Made by a program: the position numbers and the translations under genes. A model generated the notes under the pieces. It made no database searches and was not told where the DNA came from. It saw only the letters and a list, made by a program, of their open reading frames with translations. Positions 49,916 through 60,307 of a stretch of 64,000 nucleotides of DNA are shown here, one piece after another; within the stretch, counting starts at the first letter, position 1, and the number at the start of each line of letters is the position of its first letter. Source of the stretch: an uncultured Thermoleophilia bacterium (GTDB lineage Bacteria; Actinomycetota; Thermoleophilia; UBA2241); the NCBI GenBank assembly GCA_963715985.1, contig CAVQSP010000020.1, positions 226,279 to 290,278 on the forward strand, read 5' to 3'.

Positions 49916-50349
49916 GAGACGCCCTCAGCGGGCACGCCGGAGAAGAGCTCCCGCAGCCAGGCGGGCATACGGACCGCGCGCCCGCTGGCCCGCTCGCAGA
50001 CGGCGTGCCTGGTCCAGCCGGTGGCCAGCAGCAGCCCGTCGCGCGTGACCTCGTAGTCGAACGCGAACGAGACGGGTCCCACGCTGGAGACCTGCAGCGA
50101 CACGTCCAGGAGGTCGTCGAGGCGCGCGGGACGCAGGTACTTGACGCGCGCCTCCACCACCGGCAGCACCACACCCTTGGCCTCTACGTCGGTGACGGGG
50201 CGCCCCAGGCTGCGCAGCAGCTCGATGCGCGCCACCTCGAAGTACGTGAGGTAGTTGGCGTGGTAGACGACGCCCGAGGCATCGGTCTCCGCGTACCGTA
50301 CGCGGACGCGCGTCGTGAACGTGGTCGTGTGCGGGAGGGGGTCGCTCAT
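49912..50349 (-). CDS. YbgC/FadM family acyl-CoA thioesterase
   Basis: RYAETDASGVVYHANY; leaderless (TACACT 8 nt before ATG). Confidence 0.88.
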   Translation of the reverse strand: MSDPLPHTTTFTTRVRVRYAETDASGVVYHANYLTYFEVARIELLRSLGRPVTDVEAKGVVLPVVEARVKYLRPARLDDLLDVSLQVSSVGPVSFAFDYEVTRDGLLLATGWTRHAVCERASGRAVRMPAWLRELFSGVPAEGVS

Positions 50350-50424
50350 CGTCCCGAAGTGTAGCACGGGGGCGGGGCGCCGAAGCGCCCCGCCCCCAGG
50401 GATACCGCGTGAAGAGGTCCGGGT

Positions 50425-51699
50425 TCAGGCGAACGCGACGCTCGCGGCCTCGGTGAAGATGCCGAAGGCCAGGTCCAGGTCCTCGTCGCTGATGTTGAGC
50501 GGCGGCAGGAAGCGGACGCAGTTGCCGTAGGACCCGGCGCCCATGAGGATGAGCTTCTTCTTGGAGCACTCGGCGATGAACGCCTTGGCCGCCGCGCCGT
50601 TGGGCTCCTTGGTGCCCGGCACCACGCACTCGATGGCGTTCATGAGGCCCTTGCCGCGCACCTCGCCGATGCACGGGTGGACCTGCTGCAGGTCGCCGAA
50701 GAAGGCGCGCAGCTTCTCGCCCTGCCGGGTGGCGTTCTCCAGCATGCCGTCTTCTCTCATGGCCTCGATGGTGGCCACGGCGGCGGCGCAGGCGACGGCG
50801 TTGCCGCCGTAGGTGCCGCCCATGGAGCCGGGCAGCGTCTTGTTCCACAGCTCCGCGGGAGCGGCGATGGCGCCCAGCGGGTAGCCGGAGGCGATGCCCT
50901 TGGCGATGGTGATGATGTCCGGCTCGACGTCGTAGTACTCGTGGCAGAACCACTTGCCGGTGCGGCCGAAGCCGGCCTGGATCTCGTCGATGATGAGGCA
51001 GGCGCCGATCTCGGTGGCGATGGCGCGCAGCGCCTGCATGAACTCCTTGGTGGGCACGATGAAGCCGCCCTCGCCCTGGATGGGCTCGACGATGATGGCG
51101 GCCACGTCGTCGCCGTAGATCTCGGAGCGCAGCACGCGGCGCACGTCCTCGATGGCGTAGTCCGTGGGGTCCTCGCTGGCCGGCGTGCGGTACGGATAGC
51201 AGTAGCGCGCGTGATAGATGCTCCCCACGAGCGGCTCATGGTGGCCGCGGTAGTGCACGGCAGAGTCGGTGAGCGCCATCGTGAGGTGGGTGCGCCCGTG
51301 GAACGCGCCGTGGAAGGCGATGATGCCCGGGCGCCGGGTGGCCTGCTTGGCCAGCTTGATCGCGTTCTCGACGGCCTCGGCGCCCGAGTTGGCGAACATG
51401 AACTCGTCGTGCGTCTCGGGGACGATCTCGTGCAGCATCTCGGCGAGCTGGAGCATCGGCCCATGCCGGTAGATGTTCATCTGCGCGTGCGCGACCTTGG
51501 TGGCCTGCTCCTGCACGGCCTTGACCACCTTGGGGTGGCAGTGGCCCGTGTTCATCACGGCGATGCCCATCACGAAGTCCAGCCACTTGCCGCCGTCAGT
51601 GTCGTAGACCCAGCTGCCCTCGGCGTGATCCAGGGTGATCGGCGCCACCGGTCCAAGGAAGTGGGGCATGTGCTTCATGTACGCGGGCTTGTCCGACAT
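50425..51699 (-). CDS. Class III aminotransferase (4-aminobutyrate aminotransferase-like)
   Basis: NSGAEAVE, FHGRT, EPIQGEGG, DEIQAGFGRTG, AKG, GGTYGGN. Confidence 0.9.
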   Translation of the reverse strand: MSDKPAYMKHMPHFLGPVAPITLDHAEGSWVYDTDGGKWLDFVMGIAVMNTGHCHPKVVKAVQEQATKVAHAQMNIYRHGPMLQLAEMLHEIVPETHDEFMFANSGAEAVENAIKLAKQATRRPGIIAFHGAFHGRTHLTMALTDSAVHYRGHHEPLVGSIYHARYCYPYRTPASEDPTDYAIEDVRRVLRSEIYGDDVAAIIVEPIQGEGGFIVPTKEFMQALRAIATEIGACLIIDEIQAGFGRTGKWFCHEYYDVEPDIITIAKGIASGYPLGAIAAPAELWNKTLPGSMGGTYGGNAVACAAAVATIEAMREDGMLENATRQGEKLRAFFGDLQQVHPCIGEVRGKGLMNAIECVVPGTKEPNGAAAKAFIAECSKKKLILMGAGSYGNCVRFLPPLNISDEDLDLAFGIFTEAASVAFA

Positions 51700-51900
51700 G
51701 GATGAACCTCCATCGACGACCGTGCTGCAGACGTAGGGACCGCCATGAAGGGGGCGCTCCGATGCGCCCGATCCTCCCCATGGCTCGCCTGCATCTTAGC
51801 AAAGGGTCCCTTGTGTCGATGTTCCAAGTCCACACACGGAGGACACCATTTACCCTCCCCCGTTGTCCAACATGTCCAAGAATGATCCGTGTGTTCGATG

Positions 51901-51946
51901 TTGACAGGAGGTGTTCGAAGGTGGAGAATCGTGACAGATTTCACAG
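51901..51946 (+). promoter_or_regulatory. Promoter with Rex-type operator upstream of rex/hydrogenase operon
   Basis: TTGACA -17 bp- GAGAAT; TCGTGACAGATTTCACAG at 51929-51946. Confidence 0.7.
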
Positions 51947-51999
51947 CGTTTGTGCCGTAACGAACACAGGTCCGTCTTTTCAGGGGAGCCGGGGCCGAC

Positions 52000-53040
52000 G
52001 TGGTATCGAGGAAGACCGTTTCGCGCATGAGCCGCTACAGGCGGCTACTATCGTCCCTTCGCGCCGAAGGCGTGGCGAGTATCTATTCGCACCAGCTCGC
52101 CCGCCACGCCGCCGTCAGCGCCGCGCAGGTGCGCCGCGACCTCATGGTGATCGGGTACTCCGGCAGCCCCAATCGCGGCTACGACGTGGACGCCTGCATC
52201 GCCAGCATCGGCACCTTCCTGGACGGCACCGCGCGCCAGGAGGTCGCCCTGGTCGGCGTGGGCAACCTGGGGCGCGCCGTGCTCGCCCACCTCGAGGACA
52301 AGACGCCGTCGGTCGGCATCGTGGCGGCGTTCGACGCCGACCCCGAGCTGGCCGGCACCATCATCCACGGCGTGCGCTGCTTCGCCGCCGCCGACATGGA
52401 GGATTTGGTCCGCGACCTGGGCGTGCAGATCGCCGTGCTCACCGTGCCCGGCGACCAGGTACAGGCGGTGGCCGACGTGCTGGTGCGCGCAGGGGTCAAG
52501 AGCCTCATCAGCTTCTCCCCCGTCCCGCTGCACCTGCCCAACGACATCTTCGTGGAGTACATGGACATCACGGCGGCGCTCGAGTCGGCCGCATACTTCG
52601 CGCGGCTCGGCGGCGAAGCGGAAGAGGCCGTGAGCGCCGCCCAGATCGAGCCCATGGTGAAGAAACTGGAATCCCTGCTCGCGAGGTCGAAGATGAAACT
52701 GGAAGAGTTGGCCGAGAGCATCGGCGCTCGTGTGATCACTCCCGGCGGCCCCGGCGGCACCGAGGTCACGCGCATCTACGCAGGCGACCGCGTCAGCGAC
52801 CTTCTCAACGAAGCCACGGACAAGACGCTGCTGGTCAGCAACCTGGCCAGTGTCCAGATGCTGCGCGTGGCCGAGATCATGGACGTGCCGGGCATCTGCT
52901 TCGTCAACGGCGTGGAGCCGGACGACGAGGTGGTGGAGCTGGCCCGCGAGAGCGGGACGCTGCTGCTCGTCTCGCCGGCCGGCGTGTTCGAGACCTGCGG
53001 CCTCATCTACCGGTATCTCTCCGAGGAGAGGAGCGCCTGA
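52000..53040 (+). CDS. rex: Redox-sensing repressor Rex fused to a C-terminal DRTGG domain
   Basis: SRYRRLL, QVRRDL, GY, GVGNLG; then AGDRVSDLL..LLVSNL..ICFVNG. Confidence 0.88.
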   Translation: MVSRKTVSRMSRYRRLLSSLRAEGVASIYSHQLARHAAVSAAQVRRDLMVIGYSGSPNRGYDVDACIASIGTFLDGTARQEVALVGVGNLGRAVLAHLEDKTPSVGIVAAFDADPELAGTIIHGVRCFAAADMEDLVRDLGVQIAVLTVPGDQVQAVADVLVRAGVKSLISFSPVPLHLPNDIFVEYMDITAALESAAYFARLGGEAEEAVSAAQIEPMVKKLESLLARSKMKLEELAESIGARVITPGGPGGTEVTRIYAGDRVSDLLNEATDKTLLVSNLASVQMLRVAEIMDVPGICFVNGVEPDDEVVELARESGTLLLVSPAGVFETCGLIYRYLSEERSA

Positions 53041-53043
53041 GCC

Positions 53044-54604
53044 ATGGAGCGCCTCTCGTACCCCATCGAGAGCGGTGACTACGCCGGCGCCGGCGCGGCC
53101 TCCCGCGACCTCAAGCGCCACCTCAAGCGGATCGGCGCCGAGGCCGACGCGGTGCGCCGCGCCATGATCGCCGCCTACGAGGCCGAGATGAACGTGGTCA
53201 TCCACACGGGCGGCGGCGGGCGGCTGGACGCCACCGTGAGCGACGGGCAGCTGGACGTGGACGTGGTGGACGAGGGGCCCGGCATCCCCGACGTGTCCGC
53301 GGCCATGCGCGAGGGCTTCTCCACGGCCTCGGCCGAAGCCCGCGCCCTGGGCTTTGGAGCCGGCATGGGGCTGCCCAACATCGCCCGCAACAGCGACCGC
53401 GTCAAGGTCACGTCGGCGACCGGAGAGGGCACCACGTGTGAGCTTCTCCATCGCCCTGCGCCCCGAGGCCGCCGACCAGGGCGCCCGGCCGAGCTCGCTG
53501 GGCGTCGTGCCCGAGCTGTGCAGGGACTGCCGCCACTGCCTGGTGGCCTGCCCCACGGCCGCTGTGCGCGTGCGCGACGGGCGGCCGTCGGTGCTGCCGC
53601 ACCTCTGCGTGGACTGCACCTGCTGCATCGGCGCCTGCGCGCCGCGCGCGCTGACGCTGCTGGACGCGCCCGCCGCGCTTGAGGCCGGCGGCGTGCTGGC
53701 CGTTCCGCCGGCGCTCCTGGCCGGCTTCGGCGACCACGCCGCCGACATTGTGCTCGACGAGCTGCGTGCCCTCGGGTACGACGAGGTCGTCGTGGCGCAC
53801 CCCTACGAGGACGCGCTGCGCCGCGAGGTGCTCGACCTCGTCGCCGGCTCCTCCCTGCGAGCGCCGGTGATCTCGCCGGTCTGCCCTGCCGCCGTGAGCC
53901 TCATCGAGCTCAAGTTCCCAGCCCTGGTACCGCACCTGGCGCCGCTGGCCTCACCGTGGGAGGCGCTGCAGCGCGACCTCGGGGACCGCGAGGCCACGTT
54001 CGTGGTCTCGTGCCCGAGCCAGCGCACTGCCCTGCTCGCACAGCAGCCCACCGACCAGCGCCGCACCGTGACGCCCGGACTCGTGCGCGAGGCTGTCCTC
54101 CCCCGCCTCACGGCGCGGCACGAGACGGCCGCCGCGAGGACGCCGCGGCCGCAGGCGGCCGGCGCCGACGACCTGCTCGTGGTCAACGGCGTCGCGCACG
54201 TGACGGCCGTGCTGGAACAGATCGAGGACGGCGTGCTCACCGGCGTCGCCGCCGTGGAGCCCTATCTCTGCGACGGCGGCTGCTTCGGCTCTCCGCTGCT
54301 CGCGGAGGACGCCTTCGTGGCCACCTGGCGCTGGGGCGCCGCCGCGAGCAGCACCGCCGACGGCGGCCGCAGCGTGGAACGGGCGCGCCCGTTCCGCCCG
54401 CGCCCCGGCGTGCGCCTCGACGAGGACATGGCCGTGGCCATCCGCAAGCTCGGCGAGCTGGACGCCGCCGCCCGGTCCCTGCCCGGCAAGGACTGCGGCG
54501 TGTGCGGGGCACCGACCTGCGCGGCCCTGGCCGAAGACATCGTGATGGGCCGCGCCACACGCGCGGCGTGCCCGTACGTGGAGAACGAGGAGGGGAGCGT
54601 CTGA
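53044..54604 (+). CDS. Anti-sigma-type Ser/Thr kinase joined to a degenerate FeFe-hydrogenase-like Fe-S protein (frameshift near 53435)
   Basis: YEAEMN, DEGPGI, GFGAGMGL; then 2x CxxCxxCxxxC, SPVCP, LCDGGC, LPGKDCGVCGAPTC. Confidence 0.75.
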
Positions 54605-54957
54605 TGAAGCTCGAGGAAGTAGCGAGGAAGCTCGACCTGGCCGTATTGACGCCGGAGACACCGGCCATCGCCGAGGCTGACATCACCCGCGGGTACGCGT
54701 CGGACCTGCTGAGTGACGTGCTCGCGCACGCCCCGGAGGGCGGCCTGCTCGTCACGCTGCAGGTGCACCTCAACGTCATCGCCGTGGCCAGCCACGCGGA
54801 GCTCGCGGCCGTGGTGTTCGCGGGCGGGCGCCGGCCGGAAGCCGACGTGATCGCGAAGGCGGCCGCTGAGGACATCGTGCTCTACGTCGCCGCCGACGAG
54901 ACCTTCGACGTGGTCGGCCGCCTGTACGAGCTGGGCGTCAAGGGGTCCCATGCGTGA
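54604..54957 (+). CDS. DRTGG domain protein
   Basis: GYASDLLSDVL, LLVTLQVHLN. Confidence 0.85.
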   Translation: MKLEEVARKLDLAVLTPETPAIAEADITRGYASDLLSDVLAHAPEGGLLVTLQVHLNVIAVASHAELAAVVFAGGRRPEADVIAKAAAEDIVLYVAADETFDVVGRLYELGVKGSHA

Positions 54958-55697
54958 ACGTCTGCCTCGCAGACCTGCACGTGCACACCGCGCTCTCGCC
55001 CTGCGCCGACGGGGAGATGACCCCGCCCGCCATCGTGGAGAGGGCGCTCGCTGAGGGCCTGGCCATGATCGCCGTCTGTGACCACAACAGCGCCCGCAAC
55101 ACCGCCGCCGTCCAGGCGGCCGCCGGCGCACGTCTTGCCGTGCTGGCCGGCATGGAGGTCACGACCGCCGAGGAGTGCCACGTGGTGGGCCTCTTCCCCG
55201 ACGCCGGAGCGGCCGCGGCCGCCGGCCTCGAGGTAGGGGCGACGCTGCCGTGCACCGACGACGGCTACGAGGCCTTCTTCGGCGAGCAGCTCGTGCTGGA
55301 CGCCGGCGGCGCCGAGGTGGCCCGCGAGGACCGCGCCCTGGCCACGGCGACCACGCTGGACGTGGACGCCGTCGTGGCGCTCATCCACCGGCACGGCGGG
55401 CTGGCCGTGGCCGCGCACATCGACCGCCGCAGCTTCGGCGTCATCGGCCAGCTGGGCTTCTTCCCCGACGCCGCCGGCTTCGACGCCGTGGAGGTCTCCC
55501 GCCACGTGGCGGACGACGCCGCGGCCGAAGTGCCGACTTCCGCGTCCACGGCCTGCCGCTGGTGCACTCGTCCGACGCCCACTACCTGGCCGAGATCGGC
55601 GTGGCGCGCACCGCGGTGCGCTGCGAGCGCCCCGGCTTCGACGAGCTCGCGCTGGCGCTGGCCGGCCGCGAGGGCAGGAGCGTCGGCGCATGCATGA
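54954..55697 (+). CDS. PHP domain phosphoesterase (frameshift near 55530)
   Basis: DLHVHT, CDHN, AHIDR, SSDAH in second frame. Confidence 0.82.
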   Translation: MNVCLADLHVHTALSPCADGEMTPPAIVERALAEGLAMIAVCDHNSARNTAAVQAAAGARLAVLAGMEVTTAEECHVVGLFPDAGAAAAAGLEVGATLPCTDDGYEAFFGEQLVLDAGGAEVAREDRALATATTLDVDAVVALIHRHGGLAVAAHIDRRSFGVIGQLGFFPDAAGFDAVEVSRHVADDAAAEVPTSASTACRWCTRPTPTTWPRSAWRAPRCAASAPASTSSRWRWPAARAGASAHA

Positions 55698-56224
55698 CCT
55701 CTCGCTGTACCTGCTGGAGGTGATCGAGAACTCCGTGCGCGCCGGCGCCACGGTGATCGCCACGACCATCGTCGCCGACCGCACCGCCGGGACCCTCGCC
55801 ATCGACGTGCAGGACGACGGCCCCGGCCTCCCGGTGCGAGCCGGAGGAGGCCCTCGACCCGTTCTACACGACCAAGCAGCGCAAGAAGACCGGCCTCGGC
55901 CTGAGCCTCTTCCGCCAGGCGGCGGAGGACGCCGGCGGCGGCCTCACAGTGGGCCGGTCGGAGGAGCTGGGCGGCGTCGCCGTCCACGCCTGGCTGGCCC
56001 TGGACAACGTCGACCGGCCGCCGCTCGGCGACGTGGCGACCAGCATCCTCACCATGGTCGCCACGAACCCGGAGATCGACTTCCGGGTGGACCTTGTCGA
56101 CGGCGACGAGCGCGTGGAGGTGCGCGGCAGCGAGCTGCCGCGCGGCTCCCCGCCCTCGTCGCCTACCAGCGAGACCCTGACCACGACAACCACGCGCTGC
56201 GGGACAGCCCGCAGGATCAAGTGA
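55690..56224 (+). CDS. HATPase_c protein of hydrogenase regulatory cluster (frameshifted)
   Basis: ENSVRAGA, DDGPG, DPFYTTK..GLGL, DRPPLGD. Confidence 0.75.
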
Positions 56225-56235
56225 AGGAGAGCCGC

Positions 56236-56836
56236 ATGAGTGAAGAAGTCAAGGGGTGCGCCTGCTGCGCCGAGGAGCCGACGGAGGAGGAGCTCCTCGC
56301 GCGCCTGGACGCGGTCATCGCGGACTACCGGGGCAAGCCCGGCGCCCTGATCCCCGTGCTGCAGATCGCCCAGGGCATCTTCGGGTACCTGCCCGAGGTC
56401 GCCCTCAAGCACATCGCCATAGAACTGCGCAAGCCGTACAGCGAGGTCGCCGGCGTGGTCGGCTTCTACTCGTTCTTCACCACCGTGCCGCGCGGCAAGC
56501 ACCTCATCCGCGTCTGCCTGGGCACCGCCTGCTACGTGCGCGGCGGCGTCGCGGTGCTCGACGCCCTCAAGAAGGAGCTCGGCATCGACGTCGGCGGCAC
56601 CACCGACGACCGCCTGTTCTCGCTCGAGGTCGGCGCGCTGCTTCGGCGCCTGCGGCCTCGCCCCGGTGATCATGGTCGACGACGACGTGCATCACCGCGT
56701 CAAGCCCAAGCGCGTCAACGAGATCCTCGCCCAGTACGCCGAGGAGCCCGTCCTGGCGGAAACGAGCGAACGGAGTGAACGGCGTTCCGCGGATCAGTCT
56801 GCGGAGCCGGTCGCGAGTAGCGTGAGGAGCGCCTGA
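56236..56836 (+). CDS. HydC/NuoE-like 2Fe-2S subunit (frameshift near 56635)
   Basis: LIPVLQ, FYSFF, VCLGTAC, RCFGACGLAP. Confidence 0.85.
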
Positions 56837-56837
56837 C

Positions 56838-57211
56838 ATGGCCGACAAGATCACCAGCCCCGACGAGCTCATGGCGCTGGCCGAGAAGGCCAAGGCCGAC
56901 ATCGACCTGCGTGAGGGCCGCAAGGAGCGCCAGGTCACCGTGCACATGGGCACCTGCGGCATCGCCGCCGGCGCGCGCGGCATCGTGGCCGCCTTCATGA
57001 CCGAGATCGCCGCCGCCGGCGTCACCGACGTCAGCCTGCACCAGTCCGGCTGCGCCGGCCTCTGCGAGGAGGAGCCGATGGCGACCGTCACGATGCCCGA
57101 CGGCACGCTGTACCGCTACGGGCTGCTCGACACCGAGCAAGGTCCACGCGATCGTCGGCAGACCACCTCGTCGGCGGGACGCCCGTCGACGCCTACCTCA
57201 TCCAGACCTGA
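56838..57211 (+). CDS. Thioredoxin-like 2Fe-2S ferredoxin, HydD-type (frameshift near 57140)
   Basis: [20 protein letters not shown]. Confidence 0.82.
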
Positions 57212-57228
57212 GAGCGAGTGAACCGACT

Positions 57229-60200
57229 ATGGCTGATGTGAGAAGTCAACTTCCTGATCTGCACCGGCGGCGGCTGCATCGCCTCCGGCGCGCTGGACGT
57301 GAGCGAGGCGGCACGCACCGAGCTCGAGAAGCACGACCTCGCCGGCGAGGTCGGCGTCGTCGAGACCGGCTGTCTGGGCCCCTGCGTGCAGGGTCCCGTG
57401 GCGCTCGTCTACCCGGACGGCGTCTTCTACCAGAACGTGCACGTCGAGGACGTGCCCGAGATCGTCGAGGAGCACCTGCTCAAGGGCCGCGTCGTCGAGC
57501 GCCTCGTGAGCCACGCGCCCGGCACCGACGGACCCAGGCCGAGATGGACGACATCCCGTTCTTCAACCGCCAGGTGAAGATCGTGCTGCGCAACTCGGGC
57601 CTCATCGACCCCCTCAAGATCGACGAGTACATCGCCCGCGAGGGCTACCAGGCGCTCGCCAAGGTGCTCACCGAGATGACCCCCGAGCAGGTCGTCGAGG
57701 AGGTCCTCGCCAGCGGCCTGCGCGGCCGCGGCGGCGCCGGCTTCCCCACCGGCATGAAGTGGCGCTTCGCCCAGCAGCAGGAGAACGACACCAAGTACAT
57801 CCTCTGCAACGCCGACGAGGGCGACCCGGGCGCGTTCATGGACCGCTCGGTGCTCGAAGGCGACCCGCACTCGGTCATCGAGGGCATGGTCATCGGCGCC
57901 TACGCCATCGGCGCGCACAAGGGCTACGTCTACGTGCGCGCCGAGTACCCGCTGGCCGTCGAGCGCCTGGAGCACGCGCTCGGCCAGGCCCGCGAGTACG
58001 GCCTGCTCGGCGACGACATCATGGGCAGCGGCTTCGACTTCGACCTCGAGATCCGCATGGGCTCCGGCGCCTTCGTCTGCGGCGAGGAGACCGCGCTGAT
58101 GACCTCCATCGAGGGCAACCGCGGCGAGCCGCGCCCGCGCCCGCCGTTCCCGGCCGTCAAGGGCCTCTGGGGCAAGCCCAGCGTGCTCAACAACGTCGAG
58201 ACGTTCGCCAACATCGCGCCCATCATCCTCAAGGGCGCCGAGTGGTACGCCGGCACCGGCACCGAGAACAGCAAGGGCACCAAGGTGTTCGCGCTCGGCG
58301 GCAACGTGCAGCACACCGGCCTCGTCGAGGTGCCGATCGGCATGCAGCTCGGCGAGATCATCTACGACATCGGCGGCGGCATCCCGAACGGCAAGGAGTT
58401 CAAGGCGGCGCAGCTCGGCGGCCCGTCCGGCGGCTGCATCCCCAAGGAGCACCTCAACGTGCCGGTCGACTACGAGTCGCTGCAGGAGCTCGGCGCCATC
58501 ATGGGCTCCGGCGGCCTCATCGTCATGGACGAGGACACCTGCATGGTCGACATCGCCCGCTTCTTCCTCGAGTTCACGCAGGAGGAGAGCTGCGGCAAGT
58601 GCCCGCCCTGCCGCGTGGGCACCAAGCGCATGCTCGAGATCGTCGAGCGCATCTGCGACGGCGAGGGTGAAGAGGGCGACATCGAGCGCCTCATCGCCCT
58701 CGGCGAGTCGATCAGCGCAGACCGCGCTCTGCGGCCTCGGCCAGACGGCGCCCAACCCGGTGCTCTCCACCATCCGCCACTTCCGCCACGAGTACGAGGC
58801 GCACATCCGGGACAAGTACTGCGAGGCCGGCGTCTGCGCGACGCATGTTCAAGGCGCGCTGCTCCAACGCGTGCCCGGCCAGCGTCAACATCCCCGGCTT
58901 CGTGTGCCTGGTCGGCGAGGAGCGCTACGACGAGGCGCTCAAGCTGCACCGCGAGCGCAACCCGCTGGCCAGCATCTGCGCCCGCGTCTGCTTCCACCCC
59001 TGCGAGAGCAAGTGCCTGCGCGCCGGCCTCGACGGCGCCGGTCGCGATCCGCCACGTCAAGCGCTTCATGGTCGAGCAGGAGAAGGACGCCGCAGCTGCC
59101 CGAGATGCACGGCGAACGACGAGAACGCGGCCCGCAAGGTGGCCGTCGTCGGCGCCGGGCCGGCCGGCCTCTCGTGCGCCTACTTCCTCGCCCGGCTCGG
59201 CTACAAGCCGATCGTGTTCGAGGCCGAGCCCAAGGCCGGCGGCATGCTCGTCCAGGCCATCCCGGCCTACCGCCTGCCGCGCCACGAGCTCGAGCGCGAG
59301 ATCAAGATGATCGAGGACATGGGCGTCGCGCTTCGAGTACGGCAAGGCGCTCGGCCGCGACTTCACGCTGCAGAGCCTCAAGGACGAGGGCTACGAGGCC
59401 GTGTTCGTGGCCGTCGGCGCTCCGCAGGGCATGGGCATCGGCATCCCCGGCGAGGACGGCCCCGGCGTGTACGACGGCCTCTCCTTCCTCAAGGAGTACA
59501 ACGTCAGCGGCAAGGGCGACGGTGGGCAAGAAGGTGGCCGTGATCGGCGGCGGCAACGCGGCCATCGACGCCGCCCGCACCGCCCTGCGCCTCGGCGCCG
59601 AGAGCGTCACGATCCTCTACCGCCGCACGCGGGCGCAGATGCCGGCGTGGGGCGAGGAGATCGACGCCGCCGACCTCGAGGGCATCGAGATCATGACGCT
59701 CGTCGCCCCGGAGGAGATCGTCCGCGACGCCAGCGGCAAGGTCACCGGCGTGCGCTGCAAGGAGATGGCGCTCGGCGACTACGACAGGAGCGGTCGGCGG
59801 CGCCCCGTGGCCGGCCACAACCCCGACTTCGTCGTCGAGGCCGACACCGTCATCGCCGCCATCGGCCAGTAGCTCGACGCGCCGGCCGTCCTGGACGGCA
59901 CGCCGGTCGAGCTCAACCGCTGGGGCTACCTCGCCGCCGACCCGGACACCGGCCAGACGTCCGTCGACTGGGTCTTCGCCGGCGGCGACGCCGCCACCGG
60001 GCCGTCCTCGGTCGTCGAGGCCATCGGCGCCGGCGAGCGGGCCGCCGCCGGCATCGACGAGTTCCTCACCGGCGCCAACCACGCCTTCTGGCGCCGCGAC
60101 GTCGAGCCGCCGACCTTCTTCGACCCCGACGCCGACCCGCAGCTGGTCGACCGTCACGCGGTCGAGGAACTGCCCGTGGCCGCTCGCGTCACCAACTTCG

Positions 60201-60304
60201 ACGAAGTCGAGCTGAGCTGGGCCGCACAGGTCGCCGTCGCCGAGGCCAGGCGCTGCCTGCGCTGCGACTACGGCAAGTACTGCTCTGCGAGCAAGGAGCG
60301 CTGA
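57229..60304 (+). CDS. HydB/NuoF-like flavoprotein fused to a GltD/NfnB-like FAD oxidoreductase (several frameshifts, in-frame TAG at 59870)
   Basis: [25 protein letters not shown], ESCGKCxPCR, CGLG; then CxxxCP, CARVCxHPCE, [25 protein letters not shown]. Confidence 0.82.
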
Positions 60305-60307
60305 AGG

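Noticed and set aside
51864-51879. TGTCCAA direct repeat upstream of the aminotransferase (GabR/PucR-like site)
   Set aside because: Only two short copies and no cognate regulator in the window
56755-56830. REP-like in-frame extension at the NuoE C-terminus (similar oddity at CoA-transferase B N-terminus)
   Set aside because: No clear second copy of the same element in the window
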